From positions 1,909 through 65,908 of the forward strand of contig DASPXE010000093.1 in the NCBI GenBank assembly GCA_035637455.1: DNA of 64,000 bases, read 5' to 3'. Under the pieces are notes generated by a model. That model ran no database searches. It saw nothing but the letters and a program-made list of their open reading frames with translations, and had not been told where the DNA came from. This DNA comes from Gemmatimonadales bacterium. GTDB taxonomy: Bacteria; Gemmatimonadota; Gemmatimonadetes; Gemmatimonadales; GWC2-71-9. A program made the translations under genes and the position numbers. Shown one piece after another: positions 46,650-58,640 of this stretch; the first letter of the stretch is position 1, and each line of letters begins with the position of its first letter.

Positions 46650-47933
46650 CTAGTAGAGCCGCTCAATGGTCGTCCCTGGAAAATAGGTCGTCAGGATCTT
46701 CCGGTACTCCTGGCCCGCGCGCGCTCGGCCTACCGCGCCCCATTGGCACAGGCCGAGGCCGTGTCCCGACCCCGCGCCTGCCGCGACGAGCCGAGTGACC
46801 GCTCCGTCCTGGCGCGTCACCGACAGCTGGAACGCCGTGCTCTGCAGCAGCCGACCCGACTCCGGCCGCAGCACGGCGCGCACCTCCGGGCCAGGCACGC
46901 GGATGTCGCCGTGCTCGAACACGATGCGGAGCTCGCCGACGCGCCCCGAAGGACCGGTGCGGCTCACCGCAACGTCGGTGATGCGCTGCAGGCCATCGCC
47001 GCCGACATGCATCACGGTCGGGAGCGTCCGCGACAATATAGCGCGCAGCTTCGCGCTGTCCCATTCCTCGCGCCAACGAAACCGCGGCGAGAGGTCGCAG
47101 TAGGAGTGCCCGCGACCGCTCGCGTCGGAGACCGGACGCAGGTAGGGGCGGCTCTGCGCCGTGTTGAACGCCTCCTCGACCGCCGCCGTGCTGCCGCCAC
47201 AGGTGGAATGAAAGTAGGCCTCGATGATCTCCCCATCGTACTCGAGCACCTCGCCCGCGGTGCGGCGTACGGCGCTCCACACCTCTGGCGTCTCGCCCGC
47301 GACGCCGTTGTAGACCTGGTCGCGGACGTCCGCCCACGCGTCGAACCCGAGCGCCTCCCAGCGGTGGCGGTTCTTGAGGGCAAAGCTGCGCGAAACGACC
47401 GCCTGGGCGAGCAGCGCCTGCTCCTCGTCGTTGCGCCGGATGCCGATCTCACCTGCCAGCACGCCCGCGAGGTAGCTCTCCACCGGCACCCGGTTCAGCA
47501 GGGTCAGCCCGGAGGCGTCCCGCACCACGTTGACGCGGCCACGGTAGCGGCGGCCGCCCGCCATTGCGAAGCGGTTCTCGGTGACGTTCACGGCGGAGAC
47601 ACCGCCGTGACGCTCGCTCCGGGAGCCGTCGGGCTGGACGACGCGCAGGCCGCCCGTATCCGGGACAACGGTCCAGGACACGCCGGCCGGGATGGAGCCG
47701 ATCGGCGCCCCGTTCCCGTCGTCCGTGACGAACAGCTCTCCGTCGCCTCCTAGTGAGACGCTCGACGCGCCGACCGCGAGTCCGACCCGGAGCTCCGGCT
47801 CGGCGCCGGGAGTGACCGTGGTGGGTTGCGGCGGCCCCGGGCAGGCCGCGGCGGCGCAGGCGAGGAGGCTAGCGAGCCCGTGCCTCGCCCAGCGCTGCGT
47901 CGAGTTGTGCGATGGTGAAGTCGATGTCCGCAT
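46650..47933 (-). CDS. SpoIID/LytB domain lipoprotein
   Basis: Lipobox [24 protein letters not shown] and [11 protein letters not shown] are SpoIID-family blocks. The only usable start, ATG 47933, overlaps the hemL 3' end by 65 nt. Confidence 0.8.
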   Translation of the reverse strand: MRTSTSPSHNSTQRWARHGLASLLACAAAACPGPPQPTTVTPGAEPELRVGLAVGASSVSLGGDGELFVTDDGNGAPIGSIPAGVSWTVVPDTGGLRVVQPDGSRSERHGGVSAVNVTENRFAMAGGRRYRGRVNVVRDASGLTLLNRVPVESYLAGVLAGEIGIRRNDEEQALLAQAVVSRSFALKNRHRWEALGFDAWADVRDQVYNGVAGETPEVWSAVRRTAGEVLEYDGEIIEAYFHSTCGGSTAAVEEAFNTAQSRPYLRPVSDASGRGHSYCDLSPRFRWREEWDSAKLRAILSRTLPTVMHVGGDGLQRITDVAVSRTGPSGRVGELRIVFEHGDIRVPGPEVRAVLRPESGRLLQSTAFQLSVTRQDGAVTRLVAAGAGSGHGLGLCQWGAVGRARAGQEYRKILTTYFPGTTIERLY

Positions 47934-49155
47934 CCGTGTGTGCGCTGGAGACGAAGCCCGCCTCGAAGGCCGACGGCGCGAGGAACACACCGCGCGCCAG
48001 GGCGGCGCGGTGCCACCGGGCGAACAGGTCGGTGTCCGAGGCCTTTGCCTGCGCGAAGTTCCGCACGGGCCCGGCGGTCAAATAGACGCCCCACAGCGAG
48101 CCGGCGTGGCCCCCGCTCGCCGGCACGCCGTGCCGCCGCGCGGCGTCCCCTATACCCGCCACCAGCCGCGCGGTTCGCTGCTCCAGCGCGTCGTAGAAAC
48201 CCGGGCGCTCGGTCTCACGCAGCGTCGCGAGCCCGGCCGCCATCGCCACGGGGTTCCCCGAGAGCGTCCCTGCCTGGTACACGGGCCCCTCGGGCGCGAC
48301 CATCCCCATCAAGTCGGCGCGTCCGCCGTACGCGCCGACCGGCATGCCGCCGCCGATGATCTTCCCGAGTGTGGTGAGGTCGGGACGCACGCCGAGCCGC
48401 TCCTGCGCGCCGCCCGGCGCCACCCGGAAGCCCGTCATCACCTCGTCGAAGATCAGCAGCGACCCGTGGCGGTCGCACAGCGCGCGCAACGCCGGGTGGA
48501 ATCCGGGCTCGGGAGGGATGAAGCCCGCGTTGCCGACGTACGGCTCCACGATGACGGCGGCGATCTGCTTCCCGCGGCGCGCGAACAGGGCCTCGACGGC
48601 CGATAGGTCGTTGAACGGCACGGTGACCGTGAGCTGCGCGAGCGAGCCGGGAACGCCGGGACTGTCGGGGAGCCCGAGCGTCGCGACGCCGCTCCCCGCC
48701 TTCACCAGAAAGCTGTCGGCGTGGCCGTGGTAGCAGCCCTCGAACTTGAGGATGACGTCGCGCTGGGTCGCGGCGCGCGCGAGCCGCACCGCCGCCATCG
48801 TCGCCTCGGTGCCCGAGTTCACGAATCGCACCATCTCGACCGCCGGCATCCGCTGCCGCACCAGCTCGGCGAGCTCGACCTCGGCCGGGCAGGGTGCGCC
48901 GTAGCTCCAGCCGCGTTCCGCCGCGTGCCGAATCGCGTCGAGCACCGCGGGGTGGGCGTGCCCCAGAATCAACGGGCCCCACGAGCACACGTAGTCGAGG
49001 TAGGTCGCGCCGTCCACGTCTGTGAGGCACGCGCCGTGGGCCTGCGCGACGAAAAAGGGCGTCCCGCCCACCGCACGGAACGCCCGGACCGGCGAGTTGA
49101 CCCCGCCGGGCAGCACCGCCTTCGCCCGGTCGAACAGCTCCGCCGACCGGGTCAC
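47869..49155 (-). CDS. hemL: glutamate-1-semialdehyde 2,1-aminomutase
   Basis: [33 protein letters not shown] and the [15 protein letters not shown] (PLP-Lys) pattern. GTG 49155 overlaps the rimO stop (GTGA). Confidence 0.95.
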   Translation of the reverse strand: MTRSAELFDRAKAVLPGGVNSPVRAFRAVGGTPFFVAQAHGACLTDVDGATYLDYVCSWGPLILGHAHPAVLDAIRHAAERGWSYGAPCPAEVELAELVRQRMPAVEMVRFVNSGTEATMAAVRLARAATQRDVILKFEGCYHGHADSFLVKAGSGVATLGLPDSPGVPGSLAQLTVTVPFNDLSAVEALFARRGKQIAAVIVEPYVGNAGFIPPEPGFHPALRALCDRHGSLLIFDEVMTGFRVAPGGAQERLGVRPDLTTLGKIIGGGMPVGAYGGRADLMGMVAPEGPVYQAGTLSGNPVAMAAGLATLRETERPGFYDALEQRTARLVAGIGDAARRHGVPASGGHAGSLWGVYLTAGPVRNFAQAKASDTDLFARWHRAALARGVFLAPSAFEAGFVSSAHTDADIDFTIAQLDAALGEARAR

Positions 49156-50468
49156 GTCAGCGCGACCGCCCGAAAGTCGTAGTCCTCGCTCGCACTGAGG
49201 CACACCCGCACGAAGCTCCCCGCGTCGGCCCAGCCGCCCCGCTCCACGTAGGTGACCCCGTCCACGTCGTCGGCTTGCCACGCCACGCGCCCGACATGAG
49301 TGGCGCCGGCCTCGTCGGGATCGGCGACCCGGTCCACCAGCACGTCCGCCTCCCGTCCCACGAACCGCGCGAGCCGCTCCGCCGAAATGGCTCGCTGGAC
49401 CTCGAGCAGCTCTTCGAGACGGTCGCGCTTGACCTCGTCGGGCACGTCGTCCTCGTACTGCATGGCACGCGTGCCGTCCTGTGGCGAGTATGCAAACGCG
49501 CCGAGCCGATCGAACTGCGCCTCCTCGAGGAAGGCGAGCAGCTCGCGAAAGTCGCCGTCGGTCTCGCCCGGAAAGCCCACCAGGCAGGTGGTGCGGACCG
49601 CGAGATCCGGGATCGCTCCTCGCAGCCAGCCGAGCTTGGCGCGCAACGACTGCTGCCGCTCGGGGCGTCGCATGCGCTCGAGCATGCGATCGCTCGCGTG
49701 TTGGATCGGCATGTCGAGGTACGGCACGATGCGCTGCTCGCGCGCGATCAGCTCCACCAGGCGGTCGCTCAGGCCGGCCGAGTACACGTAGAGGAGCCGG
49801 TACCACGGCACCGCGGTCTCGCGCAGCAACGCTTCCAGCAGATCGGGAAGCTTGGCGCCGTCGCGCCCGAGATCACGCCCGTAATGTCCCAGGTCCTGGG
49901 CCACCAGGTTGATCTCCTGGGCCCCCTGTGCTTCGAGTGCTTGGGCCTCGCGCACCAGACGCTCGAGCGGCTCCGAGCGATGCTTCCCCCGCATCAACGG
50001 GATCGCGCAGAAGGCGCAAGTGTGATCGCAGCCTTCGGAGATCTTGAGATAGCGGACGTGGGGTGCGTCGCCGAGGAACTGCCGGACGCCGGGGTGGCTC
50101 GCGACCGGGTCGGCGATCAACCCCCGCTCCGCGAGCGCCGGCACCAGGTGGTGGAGGTCGGAGAACCCGAGGAACAGATCGACCTCGGGGATCTCGCGCT
50201 CGAGCTCCGGCTTGTAGCGCTGCACCAGGCAACCGACCGCCACGACCGCCTTGACCGCCGCCGTGTGCTTTAGTTTCGCGGCTGACAAGATCGCGTCGAT
50301 CGATTCCTGCTTCGCGGCGTCGATGAACCCGCAGGTGTTGACGAGGATGACGTCGGCGCGGGGGAGATCGGGCGTGACGACGGCGCCGTGTCCCACGAGC
50401 TCGCCCACGAGCCGCTCGGAATCGACGGTCGCCTTGTCGCAGCCGAGGGAGATGACGCCGAGCTTCAT
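49152..50468 (-). CDS. rimO: ribosomal protein S12 methylthiotransferase
   Basis: [18 protein letters not shown] (UPF0004 domain), radical-SAM [11 protein letters not shown] and a C-terminal TRAM-like region. ATGA overlap with yajQ. Confidence 0.9.
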   Translation of the reverse strand: MKLGVISLGCDKATVDSERLVGELVGHGAVVTPDLPRADVILVNTCGFIDAAKQESIDAILSAAKLKHTAAVKAVVAVGCLVQRYKPELEREIPEVDLFLGFSDLHHLVPALAERGLIADPVASHPGVRQFLGDAPHVRYLKISEGCDHTCAFCAIPLMRGKHRSEPLERLVREAQALEAQGAQEINLVAQDLGHYGRDLGRDGAKLPDLLEALLRETAVPWYRLLYVYSAGLSDRLVELIAREQRIVPYLDMPIQHASDRMLERMRRPERQQSLRAKLGWLRGAIPDLAVRTTCLVGFPGETDGDFRELLAFLEEAQFDRLGAFAYSPQDGTRAMQYEDDVPDEVKRDRLEELLEVQRAISAERLARFVGREADVLVDRVADPDEAGATHVGRVAWQADDVDGVTYVERGGWADAGSFVRVCLSASEDYDFRAVALT

Positions 50469-50968
50469 CCGCGGTAGTTCCCAAACCTGAGCTCGATGCC
50501 CCAATCCTGACCGCGGAGGAACGCGATCACCTCCTGCAGCTCGTCTTTGGAGGGTGCCTGCACGCGGATCTCTGCGCCCTGGATGGACGCCTGTGCCTTC
50601 TTGAACTTCCTGTCCTTGATGGCTTTGACGATGGCTTTAGCCTTTTCCTGCGGGATTCCTTGGGTGAGCGTGATCTCGCGGCGCACGGTGTCGTTCGCCG
50701 CCGGGGTGACCGCGCCGAGCTCCAGGTTCTTCACGGGCACGCCGCGCTTGACGAGCTTCGACTGCAGCACGTCCAGCAGCGCTTTCATTTTGAAGTCGTT
50801 GTCGGCAACGAGAGTGAGCGTCGCCTTGGCGCGGTCGAAGGCGATGGAGGCTTTCGACCCCTTGAAGTCGTAGCGCTGCGCGACCTCTTTGGCCGTCTGG
50901 TTGACGGCGTTATCGACTTCCTGGAGGTCGGCGCCGGTGGAGATGTCGAACGAAGCCAAGCCGGCCAT
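50465..50968 (-). CDS. yajQ: YajQ-family (UPF0234) nucleotide / c-di-GMP-binding protein
   Basis: SFDISTGADLQEVDNAVNQTAKEVAQRYDFKGS...QGIPQEKAKAIVKAIKD is the canonical YajQ pattern. Confidence 0.9.
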   Translation of the reverse strand: MAGLASFDISTGADLQEVDNAVNQTAKEVAQRYDFKGSKASIAFDRAKATLTLVADNDFKMKALLDVLQSKLVKRGVPVKNLELGAVTPAANDTVRREITLTQGIPQEKAKAIVKAIKDRKFKKAQASIQGAEIRVQAPSKDELQEVIAFLRGQDWGIELRFGNYRG

Positions 50969-50995
50969 AGGGCGGTAAATCTACCCGCCCCGGGC

Positions 50996-51853
50996 CTAGA
51001 ACAGGAAGCTTTCCAGCGCGCGGGCGCGCGACACGTGCCGCAGCCGCGCCAGCGCCTTCTCCTTGATCTGTCGGACGCGCTCCCGCGTAATGCCGAGCAG
51101 CGAGCCGATTTCCTCGAGGGTCATCGGCTCCTGACCCTCGAGGCCGAAATAGAGACGCAGGATCTTCGCCTCGCGGTCTTTGAGGGTCGCGAGCACTTCC
51201 TCGATCGACTCGGTGAGGGCGTGCTCGAAGATCTCGTCGTCGGGACCGGGGTTCTGGGTGTCGGGGAGATAGTCGAGCAGCTTGTTGTCCTCGCCCGGCG
51301 TGAGCGGCGCATCGAGCGAGAGGTGCGCTTGGGAGATCGAGAGGGTCTTCGCGACCTCTTCCTCGGAGATGTCCATCCCTTCGGCGATCTCCTCCACGGT
51401 CGGCTCGCGGCCCAGCTCCTGGAGCAACGCCGAGGAGCGCTTCCCGATGCGGTGCAGCGTCCCGGCGCGGTTGAGCGGGACACGCACGATGCGTGACTGC
51501 TCGGCGAGTGCCTGGAGAATCGCCTGGCGGATCCACCACACCGCGTACGAGATGAACTTGATGCCTTTCGTCTCGTCGAACTTGTGAGCGGCGCGGATCA
51601 AGCCGAGGTTGCCTTCGTTGATCAAATCGGAGAGCGAGACGCCCTGATTCTGGTACTTCTTCGCGACCGACACCACGAACCGCAGGTTGGAGCGCACCAG
51701 CTTGTCCAGCGCCTCGGGATCGCTCTGCTTGATCCGCTGGGCGAGCGCCACTTCCTCCTCCCGGGTGATCAACGGGTACTGGCTGATCTCGCGGAGGTAC
51801 TGGTCGAGCGATCCCTCGTCGAACGAGGCACGTTTCGCCGTGTTCAGTTGCAT
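50996..51853 (-). CDS. RNA polymerase sigma factor, sigma-70 family (RpoD/RpoS-like)
   Basis: Regions 1.2-4.2 are recognisable: YLREI, LRFVVSVAKKY, DLINEGNLGLIRAAHKFD, FISYAVWWIRQAI, and the region 4.2 HTH TLEEIGSLLGITRERVRQIKEKAL. Start ATG 51853. Confidence 0.9.
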   Translation of the reverse strand: MQLNTAKRASFDEGSLDQYLREISQYPLITREEEVALAQRIKQSDPEALDKLVRSNLRFVVSVAKKYQNQGVSLSDLINEGNLGLIRAAHKFDETKGIKFISYAVWWIRQAILQALAEQSRIVRVPLNRAGTLHRIGKRSSALLQELGREPTVEEIAEGMDISEEEVAKTLSISQAHLSLDAPLTPGEDNKLLDYLPDTQNPGPDDEIFEHALTESIEEVLATLKDREAKILRLYFGLEGQEPMTLEEIGSLLGITRERVRQIKEKALARLRHVSRARALESFLF

Positions 51854-51954
51854 GGCCGCATCACCCTCCCGGGCCTGCACGACGCCGCACCGTATCGGAC
51901 GGCCCGCCGCACCGACGGCGCGGAGCGTGGCGGGGTTCCCACTTCACCGGCCGC

Positions 51955-52725
51955 TCAGTGGATGACCGAGCCGAGCCGGCGCCAGCGAATATCGGTCAGC
52001 CAGGGAAGCGCGTCGTGCGCTTCCCGATCGTAGCTGAAGTAAACCACGAGCGGCCGGCCTTTCACCGCGTGCGCGTCCACGAAGCCCCAGTAGCGCGAGT
52101 CGGCGGAGTTGTCGCGGTTGTCGCCCAGCACGAAGAACTTGCCCGGCGGCACCAGCAGCGGTCCCCAGGTGTCGCGCGTCGGGCGGTAGGCCCGCAGCGC
52201 GGCCGCGCCGCCGATGAGGTAGTCCTTCTGCCAGTTGAATTCCGGGTCGTACACGTCGTGCCCGGGATCGACCCGCTGGACGTAGGGCTCCGCCAGCGGC
52301 GTGCCGTTCACGCGCACCTCGCCCGCGCGCATCTCGACCCGGTCGCCGGGGACGCCGATGACGCGCTTCACGTAGTTCAGCTCCGGGTTTTTCGGATAGG
52401 CGAAGACGATGATGTCGCCGCGGCGCGGCGACTCGAACCCAGGGAGCCGGGCGTTCGTGCCGGGGATCTGCGCCCCGTAGACCGCCTTGTTCACGAAGAG
52501 GAAGTCGCCCGCGAGCAGCGTACGCTCCATACTGCCCGACGGAATCTGAAACGCTTCGATGAGAAAGGTGCGGATGATCAGGAAAAGCACCAGCGCCATG
52601 CCCAGCGACCGCATCCAGTTGTCGAACCACCGCGCCAACGTGGACCGGCGCTTCTCGGGGGGGGCGAAGGGCACCGGCGCGGGTTGCGCGCTTGAACCTG
52701 CCCTGAGGGCCCCCAACTCATGCAT
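51955..52725 (-). CDS. lepB: signal peptidase I
   Basis: TM segment, then IPSGSMERTL (Ser), RGDIIVF, YVKRVIG (Lys) and GDNRDNSADSRYWGFV boxes. Confidence 0.9.
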   Translation of the reverse strand: MHELGALRAGSSAQPAPVPFAPPEKRRSTLARWFDNWMRSLGMALVLFLIIRTFLIEAFQIPSGSMERTLLAGDFLFVNKAVYGAQIPGTNARLPGFESPRRGDIIVFAYPKNPELNYVKRVIGVPGDRVEMRAGEVRVNGTPLAEPYVQRVDPGHDVYDPEFNWQKDYLIGGAAALRAYRPTRDTWGPLLVPPGKFFVLGDNRDNSADSRYWGFVDAHAVKGRPLVVYFSYDREAHDALPWLTDIRWRRLGSVIH

Positions 52726-52735
52726 GGCTTTTACT

Positions 52736-52981
52736 TTAGCCAAGGCGGCAGCGAGAAGCAACAGTCACCGCCCACCCCCGGGCTGCCCCCCAGCGCCGGA
52801 CGCGGTCCCGGAACGCGTCCGGCGGGTCGCCGTGCCGCACGCGGGCGGCGAGACACGCGGCGTTCCCCTCGCGCTCCACCCGCACCCACACCACGGACGC
52901 GTCCGCGAGCGCGCCGAGCGACTCGCCGTCGAGCGGCGAGCCCCCGGCTGAGAGGACGATCACCAAAGATTCGTGACCCAC
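52736..52981 (-). CDS. small hypothetical protein (81 aa)
   Basis: ORF ends 10 nt before the lepB start and has GC-rich third positions. No motif recognised. It could be spurious. Confidence 0.25.
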   Translation of the reverse strand: MGHESLVIVLSAGGSPLDGESLGALADASVVWVRVEREGNAACLAARVRHGDPPDAFRDRVRRWGAARGWAVTVASRCRLG

Positions 52982-53089
52982 CGGGTGCGGAGCCTAACAC
53001 TGCCCCGCGTGATGAGCGTCACCAGTTTATTGCCGGCAGGTGCGATTGGATGCGGAGCAGCCCCGCTGGGGGCGTCGCTGGAGCGACCC

Positions 53090-54580
53090 TCAGCCTTCCG
53101 TGTCGATCTGCGCGCGCTGCAGCTTTCCGGAGAAATCGACGTAGACGACCTTCGTCTCCGAGTAGAAGTCGTACACCTCCCACCCCCCTTCGCGGTGCCC
53201 GTTGCCGGTCTGCTTCACCCCGCCGAACGGGAGATGGGCCTCGGCGCCGATGGTGGGCGCGTTGATGTAGGTGATCCCGGTGTCGAGGTCGGTCATCGCT
53301 CGGAACGCGGCGTTGACATCCCGGGTGTAGAGCGAGCTCGAGAGGCCGTAGGGCACATCGTTGTTGACGCGGATCGCCTCGGCGAGGGAGCCGACCTTGA
53401 TCACCGAGAGCACTGGGCCGAAGATTTCCTCCTGCTCGACGCGCATGCCGGGCGTCACCCCCACCAGCACCGTCGGCCGATAGAACCAGCCGCGCTCGAG
53501 GCCTTTGTCCGAGGGCCGCTCGCCGCCGATGAGGCGCTGTGCTCCCTCCTCCTCCCCAACCCCCACGTAGTACTCGACCTTCTTGCGAGCGTCCTCGTTG
53601 ATGAGGGGCCCGACGTCCGTGTCATCGCGCAGCCCGGGCCCGAGCCGCAACTGGGCGGCGCGGTCGCAAACCATCCGCACGAACCGATCGTGCACCTGCT
53701 CGTGCACGATCAGACGGCTCGTGGCTGTGCAGCGCTGGCCGGTCGTGCCGAACGCGCCCCACAGCACGCCGTCGAGCGCCAAGTCCAGGTCGGCGTCGTC
53801 CATCACGATCATGGCATTCTTGCCCCCCATCTCGAGGGACAGTCGCTTGTGCATCTTGCCGCAGGTCGCGCCGATGATCGACCCGGTCTCGGTCGACCCC
53901 GTGAAGGAGATGACCGGGACCTCGGCGTGCTCGACCATCGCTTTGCCGACCACGGAGCCCTCCCCGTGGATCAGCTGCACCACCTCAGGCGGCAGCCCCG
54001 ACTCGAGCAAGATCTCCACGAGGAGGTGCGCGGTGTGCGGGACGTCTTCCGCCGGCTTGAAGATCACCGCGTTCCCGCACAGCAAGGCCGGAAACATCTT
54101 CCACGTGGGAATCGCGAGCGGGAAGTTGAACGGGGTGATGAGTCCCGCGACACCGATCGGCCGCCGATAGCTCATCGCCCACTTGCTGCGCAGCTCGGAG
54201 GGCACGGTGCGGCCGAACAGCCGCCGGCCCTCCGTATGCGCGTAGAAGGCGGTGTCGATCCCCTCCTGCACGTCCCCTCGCGTCTCGGCCGTGATCTTGC
54301 CCATCTCCCGGGTCATGGCGCGCGCGATTTCGTCCTTGCGCTGAACCAGCAGATCTCCGACTCGGTGCAGCACGTCGCCGCGCAGCGGCGCCGGGGTCTT
54401 CGACCACTGCGCGAAGCCGCGCTGCGCCGCCGCGACGGCGCGCTTCACGTCCTCCGGACCGGATCGGGGGAAGCAGCCGATCACGTCGTCCCGGTCCGCG
54501 GGGTTGCGATTCTCGAAATACGCCCCGGTCGCGGGGGCGACCCACTCGCCGGCGATGAAATTCTGAAAATTCTGGGTCAT
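53090..54580 (-). CDS. NAD(P)-dependent aldehyde dehydrogenase
   Basis: FTGSTETG, LEMGGKNA (catalytic Glu), GQRCTATSR (catalytic Cys) and EEIFGPV. Start ATG 54580 (MTQNFQNFIAGEW). Confidence 0.9.
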   Translation of the reverse strand: MTQNFQNFIAGEWVAPATGAYFENRNPADRDDVIGCFPRSGPEDVKRAVAAAQRGFAQWSKTPAPLRGDVLHRVGDLLVQRKDEIARAMTREMGKITAETRGDVQEGIDTAFYAHTEGRRLFGRTVPSELRSKWAMSYRRPIGVAGLITPFNFPLAIPTWKMFPALLCGNAVIFKPAEDVPHTAHLLVEILLESGLPPEVVQLIHGEGSVVGKAMVEHAEVPVISFTGSTETGSIIGATCGKMHKRLSLEMGGKNAMIVMDDADLDLALDGVLWGAFGTTGQRCTATSRLIVHEQVHDRFVRMVCDRAAQLRLGPGLRDDTDVGPLINEDARKKVEYYVGVGEEEGAQRLIGGERPSDKGLERGWFYRPTVLVGVTPGMRVEQEEIFGPVLSVIKVGSLAEAIRVNNDVPYGLSSSLYTRDVNAAFRAMTDLDTGITYINAPTIGAEAHLPFGGVKQTGNGHREGGWEVYDFYSETKVVYVDFSGKLQRAQIDTEG

Positions 54581-54584
54581 GGGC

Positions 54585-55081
54585 TTACTTGGGCGCCACG
54601 TCCGGACACAGCCATAGCGCTGCCGCGTTGGCACCGACGCGCGGCACTACTTCACGGGTCATGAGCAAGACTCCCCAGATGATCAGGATCTGCGACACGG
54701 TGTGCGCGAACCCCATGCGCCGCCTCCACGACGCAACGCTCGCCCACACGCCGGTGGCGATGACCGTGGACACGCCCAACAGGTAGAAGATCAGCCGCAG
54801 ACCGCAGCCATGGGTGTACGGCCACACCCCGGGAGCGATGCCGATGCCGATCAGCACGCCGAGACCAACTTTTACCCACGCCCCGAGCCGTCCACCGCCG
54901 GCCGCCGCCACGGCCCGGCTGGTCGGCGTCCCCCCTCCCGCGGAGACCGCGGACCGCTTCGCAGTCGGCTCCCCCCCCCCGCTGCGGCCGAGCGTGGGAT
55001 CGGCGAGCGGCAGCTTCTTGAGCAGCCGGTCGACCTCGGCCATCTCCTTGTCCCAATCCCGGTCCTTCTCGATCCCTGCCA

Positions 55082-55082
<1 letters not shown>
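54585..55082 (-). CDS. hypothetical membrane protein
   Basis: Charged N-terminus and a Gly/Ala-rich linker, then 3-4 TM segments. GTG 55082 overlaps the ntrC-like stop by 1 nt. Alternative start is ATG 55043. Confidence 0.4.
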
Positions 55083-56466
<1,384 letters not shown>

Positions 56467-56470
<4 letters not shown>

Positions 56471-57135
56471 GGCTTCCCCCGCTTGGTGCGATACAGAACG
56501 ATCCCCGTGGGATGGATGGCCACGTCCGTGAAGGAGGGGGAGACGCGCAGCGGGACGGCGCCGGTGGAGTCGGCGCCGGCGATCCGCTGCGCGAGCTGCG
56601 TCACCACGGGACCGGGGAACGCGATGCCGCGCAGGGTCAGCTCCTGGACCTTGAAGCGCCCAATCCCCGGTCGCTCGATGCTGAGCGGTCCCGCGATCCG
56701 CAAGGGCTCCGTCGGGTTGAGGAACCCCGCGACCGGGCCCAGCGCGTCCCGCGGGATCACGCGTGTGTCGAGCCGGCAGTACACAGCGACCGTTCCCTCC
56801 AAGAGCTCCACCCGCAACGAGTCGAAGCTCTTCCGCACGCTCCAGTCGATGCCGCTGCCAATCATGGCGGCGACTTCGTTGGCGGAGAGCACCACCGAGT
56901 CCGGCGCGCTCGGTCGCTTCAACCGGTCCATCTTCGTCTGGCTGCTGGACAAGGCCTTCGGGGTGGGGGCGCCCACCGCGGTGTCGGCTACCGGCGGGAG
57001 CCTGGTGGAACGAGGGCCGAACCAGCGCGCCCCCGTATGCAGGATCGGCTCGCGGAACCACCAAGCCGCGAGCGCCGCCACCAGGACGGTGGCGAGGCAG
57101 CCGAGCCGCACGAGGCCTTTAAGACAGCCGTTCAC
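56467..57135 (-). CDS. hypothetical single-pass membrane protein
   Basis: N-terminal TM LGCLATVLVAALAAWWF followed by about 190 aa with no recognisable motif. Start is GTG 57135 (overlaps thpR by 17 nt) or GTG 57111. Confidence 0.45.
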
Positions 57136-57676
57136 TGTGTCTCAGGTGATACACCGCACCGCCGGATTGGAGCGTGCTCTGCATCAGATCCACCGACTCG
57201 ATAACGAGCGTCTCGGCGAATTGCAGAGCGCCGAGCGCAGCCTCCAGCCCCGTGAAATCGCGCGGCCGGGCCTCCCGGCCCGCGCGACCGAGCGTGAGGT
57301 GGGGACGAAACGGGCGCGCCTCGGTGGGAAAGCCGAGCGGCTCGAATTCTTGTTCGACCCGATGTTGCAGGATTTCGAGCGCCGGCTCCGCGGTGATGCC
57401 CACCCAGATCACCCGGGGACGCGCGAAATCGGGAAATACGCCAAAGCCGCCGAGGGCGAGGGCGAGGGCGCGCGCACCCGCGGCGGCGCGTCCCAGGGCG
57501 GCGGAGAGCTCCGCATCGCGCTCGTCCGGCACGTCGCCGAGAAACTTGAGTGTCACGTGGATGCCCTCCGGGCGCACCCACTTCACCGGTAGCCCACGCT
57601 CGCGCACCGGCGCCATCACCTGCCAGAGAGCCTGCCGAACCTGCGAAGGGACGTTTAGCGCGACGAAGAGCCTCAA
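57119..57676 (-). CDS. thpR: RNA 2',3'-cyclic phosphodiesterase (2H family, LigT/ThpR)
   Basis: Two HxT motifs (HVTLKF, HLTLGR) with appropriate spacing. TTG 57676 overlaps the larE-like stop (TTGA). It is internal to ORF 57119..58309. Confidence 0.8.
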   Translation of the reverse strand: MRLFVALNVPSQVRQALWQVMAPVRERGLPVKWVRPEGIHVTLKFLGDVPDERDAELSAALGRAAAGARALALALGGFGVFPDFARPRVIWVGITAEPALEILQHRVEQEFEPLGFPTEARPFRPHLTLGRAGREARPRDFTGLEAALGALQFAETLVIESVDLMQSTLQSGGAVYHLRHSERLS

Positions 57677-58482
57677 GCGCGCGGCCTGAGCTCTTGCAGC
57701 AAGCTCCCGCGGCGGTAACCGCGCGGGTCGACCTCCACGACGGCGAAGCCGAGCTCGCTGAGCCGCCGCGTGACGGAGCCGAGGCGCTCCTCGAGCCATG
57801 GAATCCATTGCGGCTCGACCTCGATGCGGGCGCGCTCCCCGTGATGGCGGACCCGGAGGTCGCCTGTCACGCCGAGCTCCCGCAGCTGCGCCTCCGCCCG
57901 CTCGACTTGATCGAGGCGCCGGGGCGTGATCTCGAGACCGAATGCGACCCGGCTCGAGAGGCACGGCGCGGCCGGCGCGGCCCACGTCGGCAGGCCGAGC
58001 TCGCGCGCCGCCGCGCGGATTTCGGATTTCGTCATCCCGATCTCGGCGAGCGGCGAACGGATGCCCGCCTGCTTCCCGGCGGCGTAACCCGGCCGGTGCT
58101 CGCGCAGGTCCTCGGCGTTCGTCCCATCGCAGACCACGGCGAGTCCCCGCGCCCGGGCCTCTGGGAGCAACCGGCTCCACAGCTCCGTTTTGCAGAAGAA
58201 ACAGCGGTTGGCGGGATTGGCGAGGTAGTGCGGATCGTCGAGCTCGTGGGTGTCGATCTCGACCAGCGGGACGGCGAAGCGCTCGGCCACGGCGCGTGCG
58301 GCCTCCCACTGGACCCGGGGGTAGGAGGCGCTGCGCCCGATGGCGGCGAGCATCCGATCCGGCCCCAGCTCCTGGCGCAACACCACCGCCAGGAAGGCGG
58401 AATCGATCCCGCCGGAATACCCCAGGAGTGCCGATCTGAAGGTGCGGACGAGTTCACGCAGCGCAGCAACCGTGCCGGACAT
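57673..58482 (-). CDS. LarE-family PP-loop ATP pyrophosphatase (three-Cys type)
   Basis: PP-loop LLGYSGGIDSAF, then NRCFFCKTEL and a later APCLSSRV. This gives the CxxC...C arrangement seen in the TIGR00268/LarE-like group. Confidence 0.75.
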   Translation of the reverse strand: MSGTVAALRELVRTFRSALLGYSGGIDSAFLAVVLRQELGPDRMLAAIGRSASYPRVQWEAARAVAERFAVPLVEIDTHELDDPHYLANPANRCFFCKTELWSRLLPEARARGLAVVCDGTNAEDLREHRPGYAAGKQAGIRSPLAEIGMTKSEIRAAARELGLPTWAAPAAPCLSSRVAFGLEITPRRLDQVERAEAQLRELGVTGDLRVRHHGERARIEVEPQWIPWLEERLGSVTRRLSELGFAVVEVDPRGYRRGSLLQELRPRA

Positions 58483-58640
58483 GGTGGAATACTAACGACT
58501 TACGTTGTCCCTATCAAAGGACAATTTGAAGGTCGGAATCGGATAGATCGTAACCTCGAAACTACGTATGCTTATGATACGTTAAGCAAATGCGTATAGA
58601 AACGACGTATAGTAAGAAATCCCAAGGCGGGGACTCCGAA
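58483..58640. promoter_or_regulatory. AT-rich divergent control region (larE operon / lrp-eamA) with inverted and direct repeats
   Basis: Clearly less GC-rich than its surroundings. IR TTGTCC-N8-GGACAA (58505-58524). IR ACGTAT-N7-ATACGT (58564-58582). Direct repeat CGTATAG at 58593 and 58606. Confidence 0.5.
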
